From: Octopus vulgaris
Taxonomy: Eukaryota
Direction of reading: 5' to 3'
Length of the DNA stretch: 64,000 bases
Assembly (NCBI GenBank): GCA_951406725.2
Contig: OX597821.1
Location: forward strand, 56,668,001-56,732,000
Under the pieces are notes generated by a model. The model was not told the origin of the DNA. It searched no databases and saw only the letters and a program-made list of their open reading frames with translations. Made by a program: the position numbers and the translations under genes. Each line of letters begins with the position of its first letter. The stretch's first letter is position 1. Shown here in pieces: positions 41,590 through 53,730 of the stretch.

Positions 41590-42110
41590 GGTGGCTGCTC
41601 CCTCGTTATCGAGTATGGCCATTGCACGAAGCTTAGTCAATGTTGTTATCGTGCAATGCCTGTGCATGAAGATTTTTTTTAAAGTGAGGAAAGGCTGTGC
41701 ACTGAGTCAATCCCACTCACTAAGCAACAGCAGCCATAATCCGAAAAGAAGAACAAGTCAACATCATCGGTAACTACTGAGCCGCAGGTTTTATGTCAAA
41801 GTTATCCCAGATACCTTAGTTACCTTCTCCTAGAAGGATGCCCTAACAAAGGCTAGGAGTCCTTCACTCCCAATGGTTTAACTGCGTGATCGGGTATTCA
41901 GTCCGATTATTTCTATGTCCCCGCGCATGATACAGCCTTAAGACATTTATTGGATGGTCGTTGACTCTCAAGAGTTCCTCCGCACTTTGACGGGTTTTGT
42001 TTTTCATCCCGCAGGGTGTCCAATAAACACCCCCCCTCACCAAGCAAGCTTGGTGGGGTTACCGGTTTAGACGCCGACGACCCGACCATGCAACAGGTTG
42101 TACTGGGTTA
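41590..42110 (-). mobile_element. GC-richer insertion within a (TACA)n array, probably an RTE-type LINE-derived fragment
   Basis: Sharp composition change, TACA repeats on both sides; family assignment is resemblance only. Confidence 0.4.
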
Positions 42111-42734
42111 CATACATACATACATACTGTTTCGTTATTCTTCCACTCCTAATACTGCTATCATTTTTCCTTTATATGTCCCTAATTGGCTTTCGTTAAT
42201 TTCACTGCAGCTGTAATAAGTATTATGAGCATCTGAATTTTCACCATATTCTCTGTCAGTGGTATTTTGTCTGTACAAGCTTATTCTATTAATTTAATTG
42301 TAATTATTGGAAACTGCTTAACTTGTTTCTTCCTTATTGTCAGTGTTTTTAATGGATAAATTATCCTTTACGTTTCCTTCACTAACTGTGTTGTTTATCT
42401 TCTGGATACATACAGTTTTTAAATCATACATACATGTTTTTAATCGGGTACTCTTTGCCGAAACATTAATGTTACGGGGAGGCAATAAACCAACTCCGGT
42501 CGTCAAATGATTTTAGTGGATGTACACTTAAACAAAGACACACACACATACACACGTTTATTTTGTGGGCGTGTGTGTGTGTGTGTGCATGTGTGTGCGT
42601 GTGTATATAGATATTTCGTTCTAAAATTATTTCATTAGATCTTAAGCGTATATGTATATTATTGAAAGATTATATTAAAGTAATTATATTAATGATTATA
42701 TTTAATACTAGTTATTATATTATAGGATTATAAA

Positions 42735-43105
42735 GGGGTAAAGACCCCCTTCGGTCATGAATGACCATGGGATTGCACCTAGAAAGTTACCCTCCTAGAC
42801 ACAAGTCCGGGCAGGTTGTTTATGGAAGACCAGCAGTCGCCCATGCATACCGGCCTCCCCTCTCCACGCCACCAGTGTTATCCAAGGGAAAGACAAAGGT
42901 CGATACAGCTTGGAACCAGTGACGTCGCAACTCATTTCTACAGCTGAGTGAACTGGAGCAACGTGAAATAAAGTGTTTTGCTCAAGAACACAACACGCAG
43001 CCCGGTCCGGGATTCGAGCTCACAACCTCACGATCGTAATCTCGACGCTCTAACCACTGAGCCATGCGCCTTCATCTCTAACCACTGAGCCATGCGCCTT
43101 CATAT
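42735..43105 (-). mobile_element. tRNA-derived SINE with duplicated 5' head
   Basis: Minus strand gaaggcgcatggctcagtggttagag (twice) ... gctcgaatcccgg B-box. Confidence 0.8.
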
Positions 43106-43108
43106 AGG

Positions 43109-43205
<97 letters not shown>

Positions 43206-43218
43206 CATGCCAGAATTG

Positions 43219-43313
<95 letters not shown>

Positions 43314-43516
43314 TTTCTCTCCTTTTTTTCTCTCCTTCTTTCTGTGTTTTTCTCTCTCTGTGTATCTTTCTGTTGAAGAGCGTAGGCTCGAAACGTTAAA
43401 GACTTGTTTTATTTATATTTCCTGAGCGCCATACTAATACAATTGTTCGTTTGTTTTCCACCTGCCTTCGTCTTTTGTTTATTTTCATAAAGCTTCCCGT
43501 TATATATATATATATA

Positions 43517-44100
43517 TAGTAAGGAAAATTTTTTTAAAAATGCAGAATGCTCAAATGAAAGAAAATTTAATAAAAGAAAATGATAAAATATATAAATGTA
43601 TATTTATTCAACCGGTTTTCGTCATTGTATGACTTGTCAAGAATATTTATGTTTTAAGAAGTTTTTTAAAAATTAGAAAGGGGAAAAAAAGAAAATTGCA
43701 TTGTTTTTTGTAAAAGAATAATGATAAAAATGTACAAAAATTAAAAAATAAGTTCTCCGATACATTGTGAGTTCGTTGTGTATCTTGCGTTTTATGGTTT
43801 TTTCGTAAACAACCATAAAACGCAAGATACACAACGAACTCACAATGTATCGGAGAACTTATTTTTTAATTTTTGTACATTTTTATCATTATTCTTTTAC
43901 AAAAAACAATGCAATTTTCTTTTTTTCCCCTTTCTAATTTTTAAAAAAACTTCTTAAAACATAAATATTCTTGACAAGTCATACAATGACGAAAACCGGT
44001 TGAATAAATATACATTTATATATTTTATCATTTTCTCATTTTATTAAAATTTTCTTTCATTTGAGCATTCTGCATTTTTTAAAAAATTTTTCCTTACTTA
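43517..44100. repeat. Near-perfect palindrome with ~280-bp arms
   Basis: 43517-43800 is the reverse complement of ~43811-44100 with a few small indels; short spacer around 43800-43811. Confidence 0.9.
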
Positions 44101-44264
44101 TCATTTCTCCACGTGCGGTCAACACAACCCCACCATTTATTGATCTATATATATATATATATATATATGATTGATTGATTGATTGATTGATTGATTCTAG
44201 TTTCAGCTTATGAGCTGTGGCCATGCTGGGGCACCGCCATTTGGTGTTGCTACTTGGTTTCACT

Positions 44265-47200
44265 TCATGGAGGCTTTCTAGCAACTGCTATTTGGTGCAT
44301 GAGAGAGTTCGATGCAGCTGCCCTCATCTGCCCCTCCTGCCGTGAAGTTGGTTCATCTGGGACACCTGACAGGAAGAGATCCAGCTTCATTTTAAAGACA
44401 TCTGTATCCACCCCATGCAGGTCTCTCAGGTTCTTCGGGAGGATATTGAAGAGCTGTGGGCCTCGGAAGCCCAGGCTATCACAGAATCTTGTCCTACATC
44501 TTGATGGCAGGTTTGGAGTCCTAGGCACCACGCAGTGGCGCCCAGTTCTGGCATTTGCGTAACTCTCGATGCCAAAGTTCAGGACACTTCCCTCCAGGAT
44601 CTTCCAGATGTATATTATGGCATATCTTTCCCGCCTACGCTCCAGGGAATATAATTTTAATCTCTTGAGTCTTTCCCAGTAGCTTACATTCTGCATAGAG
44701 GCTATCTTCTTTGTGTAGCTTCGTTGGATCGCCTCAAGTTCTGTGATCAACTTGACACTGGATGGTGACCATAGCTGAGAGCAATAGTCAAAGTGGCTTA
44801 GGACAAGTGTCTTCCAGAGGACCATCATGGTTTCTTGTTCTCTTGTTCTAAAGGTTCTAAGAATCCATCCAGCCAGCCGTCTACATTTCATTGTCAGTTT
44901 AGCAACATGTACATGAAAGGTCGCGTCATCACTCATGTGAATACCCAGGTCACGCACTGATTGTGCCTCTGGGATTGCAATCCCTCCGGGTCCAGTGTAT
45001 TCATTGGGTATTGCATTCAGTTTTGCATGCTGATAGTATAAAGCTTGAAACTTTCCAGCATTGAACTGCATGCTATTCTTTTCAGCCCACTTGTATATTT
45101 TGTCCAGCTCACATTGCAGGTGTTTAGTGTCCTCAGGGTTCTGTATTGCCTGTAAAATTTTTGTATCATCTGCATAACTTGTGATCGTGGCTCTCTGCAT
45201 GGCTGAGGGCATGTCTGAGAGGGCCATTATGAACAGTAGTGGTCCCAGAACAGTGCCCTGCGGAACACCGCTCACTATTTGTGTGTTAATGGAGGTGGCC
45301 CCATTGGCTACTACCACCTGACTTCTATCCTTCAGAAAGTCATGAAGCCATTCTCCCAGTTTTCCAACTATGTTGAGATCACGCAGTTTGTGACATATCA
45401 TTCCATGATCGACTTTATCAAAGGCCTTTGCAAAGTCGAGATATATCACTTCCACATTTGAGTGGTTGAGCAGCCGTTTCAGCACCCAGTCATAGTGTTG
45501 TAGGAGCTGAGTTAAACAGCTTCTCCCTGGTCGGAAACCATGTTGGGTGTCGGGCAGCAAGTCATTCTCTTCAAGGAAGGTGATCAGCTTCCTTCTGACT
45601 ATTCGTTCCATGACCTTGCTGATGTGTGAGGTCAGAGAGATAGGTCTATAGTTCTTGGCTTCCGCTCTGCTACCTCCTTTATGAATGGGGCATATTTTTC
45701 CTTCCTTCAGTTTTCCTGGAAGTTTGCCAGCTGCAAGGAAGCTCTGAAAGAGGAACTGCAGTGGTCTTGCTAGGACTCTCTTACATGCTTTTAGGAGGAT
45801 TGCCGGGAATCCATCGGGGCCAGTAGCTGAGTCTGTTTTCATTTCATCTATAGCCTTGGTTACATCGTCTTCCTTTATATCGATGTAATCTATCGTCGCC
45901 GCCTCTGATTTTATATCTGCAGTGGTAAAAAAGTCAGTTGGATTGGTGATTTGGAGATGCCCAAGGGGTGGAGTGAAAACACTCTTGAATTGCTCATTCA
46001 GTATTTCACTTACCCTCATTGGTTTTCCTGTAAGTGTGCCATCCTTTTCGAGGAGTGGCCCTATTCTACAGTGCACTGTAGCTGTTTCTTTGGCATACCT
46101 GTAGAAAGCTCTGGGGTTAGATTTTATGTTTTCTATAGCCCAGGCTTCTTTGTCTGCTCTTTCTTTTTCATGGGAGCGTTGCAGACATTTTTCGATTTCC
46201 AACAGTTTTATTTTCAGGCGGGACTTTTCACTGCTTTCAATCTGTTTGTTTAGGCGATTTGAAAATTTCGTACGCCGTCTCATTAAAATTTTCCTCTCTC
46301 TGGGGATTTTGTTCTTGTGTACAGTGGCCTTTCTCTCTGGGACACATTTGTAGCATATGGCTTGCATTACAGACATGAATTGTTGAAGTTTCACGTCGAT
46401 GTCTGGCGAGGAGAGACATTTAGGCCAGTTTTGTTTGAGGATCTCTTTCTCAATTTGTTTCCAGTTTGCCTTATGGTAGTTCAAGCTGGAAAGATTTTGA
46501 GGGTTTCTTGTAGGCTGCATGTCCGTGCTCTCTTTTGGCCCGTACATGGTCAGCTCTATCATGTTGTGATCCGAGAGTAGTGTCGGTGTCACTTTCACAT
46601 TATGGATGAGATCCATGTTATTTGTGAAGCAGAGATCCAGTGTGTTACCTGCCCTGGTTGGTTGGAGTATTACCTGCTCCATGTACAGGGTGTTGATGAG
46701 GTTCAGGAGGGACCTCGCCTGTCCTCGTTCACATCTTGTCATTCCTGGGAGAGAAAGGCCCTCGGGCCATCTGACATTGGGCAGATTGAAGTCTCCCATA
46801 AGAAGCACACCTATGTGTTGTTCTAATGTGGTTAGAATTTCTTCTATTTTTATAAGGCAGTCTTCAAACTTGCCCACATGGCTTGGGGCATCTGGAGGGC
46901 GATATGTAGCACACACAACTACATCAAGTTGCCTAATATGTACAATTAGTGTGTCACACACCGAGTTTGAGTATGACAAGAGGACCTGGGGTGTGAGGTC
47001 CTCACGGATGTACATAGCAACACCTCCATGACTCCTTTCTTTCCTGTCGGTCCGTAGTACAGCATACTGTGGTATGTGTAACTCCGCATCTGCTATGTCC
47101 GGTTTCAGGTGCGTTTCTGTAAGTGCTATGCATAAGGCTTGATTGCATGCAACAAAGTCTCTCAGGAACGGGATCTTTGTCCTGTTACTGAGTGTTTGCA

Positions 47201-47369
47201 GTTCTCTGATGTTCAGTAGGAGTATCGAGGTGAGGTGTACGTTGTTGCCGGCGGTGTCCATCCTGTGTCTGTTTGCTGTGGTGGTCTGGTATATAGTGGG
47301 TAGTCCCACCTGCGGGCTTGGGTTTGATGAAGCCAGGTCAGCTGCTGTACAATCTTTTGTGCCATGCAC
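44265..47369 (-). CDS. LINE ORF2: AP endonuclease + reverse transcriptase
   Basis: IALTETHL, YRPP, MGDFN, LDLCFTN, SDH (APE); NYRPISLTS, QHGFRPGRSC, YLDFAKAFDKVDH, GVPQGTVLGPLLF, YADD (RT); uninterrupted 1034 aa. True start may be the internal MDTAGNN. Confidence 0.95.
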   Translation of the reverse strand: MHGTKDCTAADLASSNPSPQVGLPTIYQTTTANRHRMDTAGNNVHLTSILLLNIRELQTLSNRTKIPFLRDFVACNQALCIALTETHLKPDIADAELHIPQYAVLRTDRKERSHGGVAMYIREDLTPQVLLSYSNSVCDTLIVHIRQLDVVVCATYRPPDAPSHVGKFEDCLIKIEEILTTLEQHIGVLLMGDFNLPNVRWPEGLSLPGMTRCERGQARSLLNLINTLYMEQVILQPTRAGNTLDLCFTNNMDLIHNVKVTPTLLSDHNMIELTMYGPKESTDMQPTRNPQNLSSLNYHKANWKQIEKEILKQNWPKCLSSPDIDVKLQQFMSVMQAICYKCVPERKATVHKNKIPRERKILMRRRTKFSNRLNKQIESSEKSRLKIKLLEIEKCLQRSHEKERADKEAWAIENIKSNPRAFYRYAKETATVHCRIGPLLEKDGTLTGKPMRVSEILNEQFKSVFTPPLGHLQITNPTDFFTTADIKSEAATIDYIDIKEDDVTKAIDEMKTDSATGPDGFPAILLKACKRVLARPLQFLFQSFLAAGKLPGKLKEGKICPIHKGGSRAEAKNYRPISLTSHISKVMERIVRRKLITFLEENDLLPDTQHGFRPGRSCLTQLLQHYDWVLKRLLNHSNVEVIYLDFAKAFDKVDHGMICHKLRDLNIVGKLGEWLHDFLKDRSQVVVANGATSINTQIVSGVPQGTVLGPLLFIMALSDMPSAMQRATITSYADDTKILQAIQNPEDTKHLQCELDKIYKWAEKNSMQFNAGKFQALYYQHAKLNAIPNEYTGPGGIAIPEAQSVRDLGIHMSDDATFHVHVAKLTMKCRRLAGWILRTFRTREQETMMVLWKTLVLSHFDYCSQLWSPSSVKLITELEAIQRSYTKKIASMQNVSYWERLKRLKLYSLERRRERYAIIYIWKILEGSVLNFGIESYANARTGRHCVVPRTPNLPSRCRTRFCDSLGFRGPQLFNILPKNLRDLHGVDTDVFKMKLDLFLSGVPDEPTSRQEGQMRAAASNSLMHQIAVARKPP

Positions 47370-48124
47370 AAAAAAGATTGTTGCTCAGCAGCTGCTCTTT
47401 CGACAACATCATGTTGGCTGTTTGTGGCGCGCACAACATCTGCGTACCTCCGCTTTGGGGCAGGTGGTGCGTGGTCCATCCCTTTTCTTTGTGTTGATGG
47501 TTTGTCCATCTGCCTCGTGTCTCTGTGGCAGGGTCCCCGATGTGCAAAGCGGCAGCCTGCACCTTCCTTTCCATGCCAGCAGGAACCTCTCAGGTAGAAC
47601 ATACACACCCGTGTGCGCTGTTTGGTTCCATCCTTTGCGGTTCCACTTCTATTCCTGGTTGTTCCACTCTTTGGTCCTGCTTGAGCTTTTTCTTTTCCTT
47701 TAGCTCTTCCAGTCCTTCTTTTAGTTCTTCTTCCTCCCTCTACCTCTTCACCGGGTTCTCCGTCTCCATGGCCCTTGCTGCCGGTTGGAGAACTTGCACC
47801 TGGGTTCACTTCCCGGGCAGGTTTCTCATTCAAAACCTCCTCCCGGGCGTCCACCAGGTGGGGGTGACTTCTTTCATCGTCTCCATTCTTGCCATCTTTG
47901 CCCCGCTCGTTCTCAAAGATGGCATCAAGTGCGCCAATGTGCGACCGTACAAGCGCATATGAGCGCACGAATTCCTGTCTCTTTCGCTCCATCTGAGCCG
48001 CTGTCCTCTTGTAGCCTCTGCTCTTCAGCGCAGCCGCAATCACCTCGCTAGGGCTATCTCCGCCGGCGCACTCCCATGCCCGTACGAATAAATCCAGCTC
48101 GTCACGTCTCCATGCTCTGGACAT
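47213..48124 (-). CDS. LINE ORF1 with N-terminal Myb/SANT(trihelix)-like segment and CCCH zinc finger
   Basis: WRRDELDLFVRAW..IAAALKSRGYKRTAAQMERK; CMFYLRGSCWHGKEGAGCRFAH (C-x7-C-x8-C-x3-H); 303 aa open. Confidence 0.75.
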   Translation of the reverse strand: MSRAWRRDELDLFVRAWECAGGDSPSEVIAAALKSRGYKRTAAQMERKRQEFVRSYALVRSHIGALDAIFENERGKDGKNGDDERSHPHLVDAREEVLNEKPAREVNPGASSPTGSKGHGDGEPGEEVEGGRRTKRRTGRAKGKEKAQAGPKSGTTRNRSGTAKDGTKQRTRVCMFYLRGSCWHGKEGAGCRFAHRGPCHRDTRQMDKPSTQRKGMDHAPPAPKRRYADVVRATNSQHDVVERAAAEQQSFLCMAQKIVQQLTWLHQTQARRWDYPLYTRPPQQTDTGWTPPATTYTSPRYSY

Positions 48125-48179
48125 GCTGGATAATCCGTCTATCCGTTTATCTATCTAATTATGTTCGAGAGAAGACAGG

Positions 48180-49385
48180 AAGATATTAAGGCTAATTAGA
48201 AGATAGAGTACTTGAAAAAGAAATATTAACAATATTAAAGTTTGTGTAAAAAACGTTATTTGGGTAAAAACGTTATTTAATCTTAAGGCTAATTAGGAGA
48301 TAGAGTATCTGAAAATATATTAGCAATATTAATATTATATTAGAGTGTGGGTAAAAAAACGTTATTTAATCTTAAGTCTAATTTGGAGATAGAGTATCTG
48401 AAAATATATTAGCAATATTAATATTATATTAGAGTGTGGGTAATATTAAACGTTATTTAATTTAATCTTAAGGCTAATTAGAAGACCGAGTATCTGAAAA
48501 ATTATATATACAATATTAAGCAATATTAACCGTTATTTAATTTAATCTTAAGGCTAATTAGACGTTATTAATATTAAACGTTATTTAATTTAATCTTAAG
48601 GCTAATTAGAAGATAGAGTATCTGAAAATATATTAGCAATATTAATATTATATTAGAGTGTGGATAAAAACGTTATTTAATCTTAAGGCTAATCAGGAGA
48701 TAGAGTATCTGAAAATATATTAGCAATGTTAATATTATATTAGAGTGTGGGTAATATTAAACGTTATTTAATTTAATCTTAAGGCTAATTAGAAGATAGA
48801 GTATCTGAAGAATTATTAACAATATTAAAACAATATTAAACGTTATTTAATTTAATCTTAAGGCTAATTAACAATAATTATTAACAATATTAAACAATAT
48901 TAAACGTTATTTAATTTAATCCTAAGGCTAATTAACAATAATTATTAACAATATTAAACAATATTAAACGTTATTTAATTTAATCTTAAGGCTAATTAAC
49001 AGTAATTATTAACAATATTAAACAATATTAAACGTTATTTAATTTAATCCTAAGGCTAATTAACAATAATTATTAACAATATTAAACGTTATTTAATTTA
49101 ATCCTAAGGCTAATTAGACGTTATTAATATTAAACGTTATTTAATTTAATCTTAAGGCTAATTAGAAGATAGAGTATCTGAAAAATTATTAACAATATTA
49201 AAACAATATTAAACGTTATTTAATTTAATCTTAAGGCTAATTAACAATAATTATTAACAATATTAAACAATATTAAACGTTATTTAATTTAATCCTAAGG
49301 CTAATTTGATGGTATCAATATTAAACGTTATTTAATTTAATCTTAAGGCTAATTAGAAGATAGAGTATCTGGAAAATTATTATAT
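48180..49385. repeat. AT-rich tandem array upstream of LINE ORF1
   Basis: Recurrent aaacgttatttaatttaatcttaaggctaattagaagatagagtatctgaaaa modules of variable unit length (~45-95 bp). Confidence 0.85.
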
Positions 49386-49975
49386 CGAGAACAGTTATTG
49401 AAAATGTAAACAAACCAAATGACGATCGCAACTTTAACTAAGATGTGGGCCTAAGTGAAAGATAAAATAGAATAATAAATAAAATATGAAATAGATGAAA
49501 TTGATACTTAATCCAACAATGTGGTCTGGATTATTTTTTTTGGTTTACGGGATTTTTTTCAGGAGAGATGCTTCTTTTTTCTTTCTTGCAGGAGATAACT
49601 TGATTCAGTTATTTTTGCACCATGTGCGTTTCGGCGAAAATGAAAATTACTGTGTATATGTATATATTTATATATATATTTTTAAAAATATTTTTAACCA
49701 AAGTGTTGTAGTGATCTCTATGACTTAGAGTTTTACGTTTTGCAACTACAGTGGGTTATTTCGCCGTTCTATGCAGACTTTTTCACAGAGCAAAGGCAAT
49801 CACGTCTTTCTCTGCTGAAAACGGAAATATATATATATATATATATATATATAATCCTATAATTATATATATATATATATATACATTTAAATATATGTTG
49901 GGATGGGGTACTTAATATTCATATTTGGGCTTACTCTATACATTTAGGATTATTACGTGAAGTTATTTGGTGTAT

Positions 49976-51255
49976 TACGAGGGGTGTATGAAAAGTTTTG
50001 AGCCTAACCTAGAAACGGGGCTGCTATATAGCTGAAACAATTTTTTCTGGTAAGTACAGTCTTTTCTGAGTATTCTTGCTCATTTTCATGATTCTGATAT
50101 TTTAATTTTTTTTTTACAGATTTTTGAATAAGCAAGTGTCGAGGTTACAAGGAAAATGGAGAAAACTGAGTATCGTGCTGTCATAAAGTACCTTCATTTA
50201 AAAGGCATGACTCCATTAGAAATCCATGAAGATATGGTGAGAACCTTAACAGACAATGCTCCTTCATATGGAACAGTCAAATGCAGAGTAAATGAATTCC
50301 AGCGTGGCAGGGAGAGTGTGGAAGATGATCCCACACCAGGGAGGCCTCTAACTGCAACCACCGAGGACAACATTGACTTTGCTTTTGGTATGATAATGTA
50401 AGAACATCGAATATCATGTCGCCAGATAGCTGAGAGACTGGGCATCTGAAACGAAAGAGCAGACAACATTATGACAAAAAAACTTGGGTTCTCAAAGGTT
50501 TCTGCAAGGTGGGTCCCTTGCCTTTTGACTCCTAAACAGAAACGCACCAGATGCACATTGTCTGGAACTGTATGAAGACGATGAAGAGAATTTTCTTGCT
50601 CGTTTTATTACTATGGACGAAAGTTGGGTTCATCACTACCAGCCTGAAACCAAAGAACAATGAAAGCAGTGGAAGCACACATCTTCTCCTAATCTCAAAG
50701 AAGGTCAGTGTCATTCCTTCAGCTAGCAAGGTCATGGCGTCAGTTTTTTTGGATTCTCAAGGTGTCTTGCTGATCGATTACCTTGAAATGGGTCACACCG
50801 TGACAGGGCTGTATTATTCTCAGCTACTGAAACGCCTCCGAGAAGCAATCAAAGAAAAAAGGCCGGGAATGCTCACCAGAGGAGTCCTTTTTCATAACGA
50901 CAATGTCCAGCCCACACCTCAGTGGTTGCCATGGCAACAATTCGTGATTGTGGATACGAACGTGGTCCCCATCTGCCTTATTCGCCAGACTTAGCCCCCT
51001 CTGACTTTCATCTATTCCCCAAAATGAAAAAAGCCCTGGCTGGTTGCCATTTTGCCACTGACAATGACGTCATAGATACTGTAGGAAGTTTCTTAGAGTC
51101 TCAAACAAAAGAGTTCCGCTACGCCAGGATAATGGCACTACAGCACCGCTGGAGAAAGTGTTCAGCCATCAAAGGGAACTATATTGAAAAGTAAATCATC
51201 AGAAGTCTTATACTATGTATTTTTGAGGCTCAAGACTTTTCAGACACCCCTTGTA
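49976..51255 (+). mobile_element. Full-length decayed mariner element
   Basis: TA-bounded TIRs tacgaggggtgtatgaaaagttttgagcct / aggctcaagacttttcagacaccccttgta; MEKTEYRAVIKYL, ARWVP, ITMDESWVHHY, PYSPDLAPSDFHLFPKMK; stops and frameshifts. Confidence 0.9.
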
Positions 51256-52739
51256 CGTCATCAAAATTGACCTCATTGTTAGATTTATATTACTTTTAAA
51301 TGTATAGTTTTATACGATTAATTAATAGAGATCAGTACTCAATTTTATTATTACCATCACCATTGTATAATCTAACATAACATAGTGTATGTTATCTATG
51401 ATTATATTATGTTATACCTAACTTATGTTAGGTTTGTAAGTACAGTTATATTAAACTATACTAATTATACTTACATTTTAATTTATAACTTCCTAAAATT
51501 TGTATTAAAATTGAAATGTATCATATTATTTGGCTAATTAGTGAATGTCAATGCTCAATTACTATTATTAAGCATATATTTAAATATTACATAATGCAAT
51601 GTAGTATATATCATTCCTATGCATGGTTAATATTCACGCTTGGATTAAAAGTAGTTATATTATCCTATAGATAGTAAATATTTATGTTCGGTATTATTAT
51701 TGAAATGAAATTCAAGCATTATATAGTTAATTGTTAGTGTGAGGTCAAAGAAACAAATTAGATGTCGGAATGCTTTAGCCATAGCAAAATTTGTAAAGTT
51801 CAATCCATTTCGGGGGAAAATATAACAATGATTAAAATTCATTTCTGAAGAGCAAAAATAAATTTTAATGTCATGCTAGAGATGCGAATCATGTGCATTA
51901 TATGCTGAAGGGGAGAAAAAGATATTTACTATTGAAATATGAATGCTTGAATTCGTTTCGATTTTCAGTTACACAACTACTGAGAATGCCAGGAAAGAAA
52001 TTGTATATAATACTGCGAACCCAGAAACTTTCAACTGTCAAACGTGAACGGTTTGATCATGTAACAACATACCCTTGTATGGAACGAGATTTGAGAAATG
52101 TGAAACAAACTTCTCCCCATAAGAAATTATTTCACTTTTATTCATCTTTGAAGATTAAAAAAGAAAAATAGATATAAACAAAACTTAAAATCACGTTCCA
52201 CTTTCAGCTTACCTCAGATTAGTTCATAGTATACAACACTATTAAGGTTGTCTCATAATCAGTATCTCGCAATGCTGTTTTTAAAAGTAATATAATCCAA
52301 CTTACTAGTCAACACTTACTTCTTGGTACTTATACGTAACATTGCGCAAAAACTTCCGAAATATAATCAGCCTATAGATGTGCCTTTCAGGAGGGCAAAT
52401 TGCAATAAGAATGTCAAAACTTTTCATCAATACTATCTTTAAATTAACCCTGAATGTAATGTAAACAAATTATAAGAATTTCACTTTTAGAATTAACTAT
52501 GCACGTAATTTTCCTCTTCTGATTATCTGTTGAATATGTGAATAATTACCGATGTTTTGGACTAATTAATCGGTTTCTATAATTGATTAGTTTTATAATT
52601 GGTTGTTTATTCCTAGATCAGCACTGACTGAGAAAATAAACAATGTGTTTCAGCTGTAGCATTTCAGCATGATAATACTTTGAATTCTATACTACTCACT
52701 GAGCCTCTATGTTCTGCTTGAGGATGTTGGTTGAGCACT

Positions 52740-53240
52740 GACGAGCCTTTCTCTTCTTTCAGCTCCCCCCAGTGTTCACTTATAAGCTCTCCTATGCTGC
52801 GTGCTGTACCGTCCTTCAGTACATTGTGAGCTATACGCAAGATTCCTAATCTTACAGTTAACCTGTGGGTTCATCCTACATACAATACAATTGTTCTCCG
52901 TACATGGGGACTTGCTCCGTAGATGAGCATTTACTCCTGTATAGCAGGCAGATCTCTTTTGCATCACTCTCTATAAAGACTTTGTCCTGGCTCTTTTGTA
53001 CACTCTAATCCTATGGCTTTCGTTGTAGCGAGAGAACTGCAGGAGGTGGATGAAATGTTGTGTGTCTCTTTCTAATTTCATAGGATCGTACATGCGAGAC
53101 ACATTCTTCATCACCCTCACCAAGTCTGCTATAAGAATATTGAACTTGTCTGAACTTGTCTGAAATGGCTGAGTTCTTGTGGACCACGTATTTAGAAGCC
53201 ATGGGTTTGGCATAATGGGAGAGAAGAATCTGGACCTTAT
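52740..53240 (-). mobile_element. Probable decayed Penelope-like fragment (region between RT and GIY-YIG)
   Basis: In-frame ORFs 52971-53213 and 52776-52967 separated by one stop; CIVCRMNPQVNCKIRNLAYSSQC resembles the Cys-rich linker leading into GIY-YIG. Confidence 0.4.
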
Positions 53241-53653
53241 TTTTCTTGAATTCTAACCCGAGTTTATGTCTAAAACTGGTAGCCTATATTTGGAGTGCTT
53301 GTTAGAGGAGTCAATCCTTATTTTCATACTATGGTATCACGCACACACGCATATACAAAGAACAAACACAGACGCATCGCATATAAGGAGACACATCATA
53401 GAAGAAGAGAATGGAATAAGCAGAGCAAGAACACACACGAAGACGGAAAATTCCGCTGAGGAAGTCACAGATGTGTGACGAAAGATTTCTGGACAATGGA
53501 CATGAGTTAGAAGAAGAAAGTAATAAACGAGTGAAGAACTAATGTATAATGCATGAGTTTATTTGGAAAAAAGAAATGACCACTCGAAAATAAAATAATG
53601 TGTGTGCGTGAGCGCGCGCGTGTATATTGTGAGTGTGTGTTTGTGTGTGTGTG

Positions 53654-53688
<35 letters not shown>

Positions 53689-53730
53689 GAAAGAATGGAG
53701 TCGAACGAAGATGTTAACAAAATTCCTTTA

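Larger units (their letters stand above)
44168..49400 (-). mobile_element. Apparently intact CR1-clade LINE (5' tandem array, ORF1, ORF2, short 3' UTR, (AATC)n tail)
   Basis: Two overlapping long ORFs; 3' end in (AATC)n at 44168-44196; AT-rich tandem array upstream of ORF1. The 5' boundary is approximate. Confidence 0.9.
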
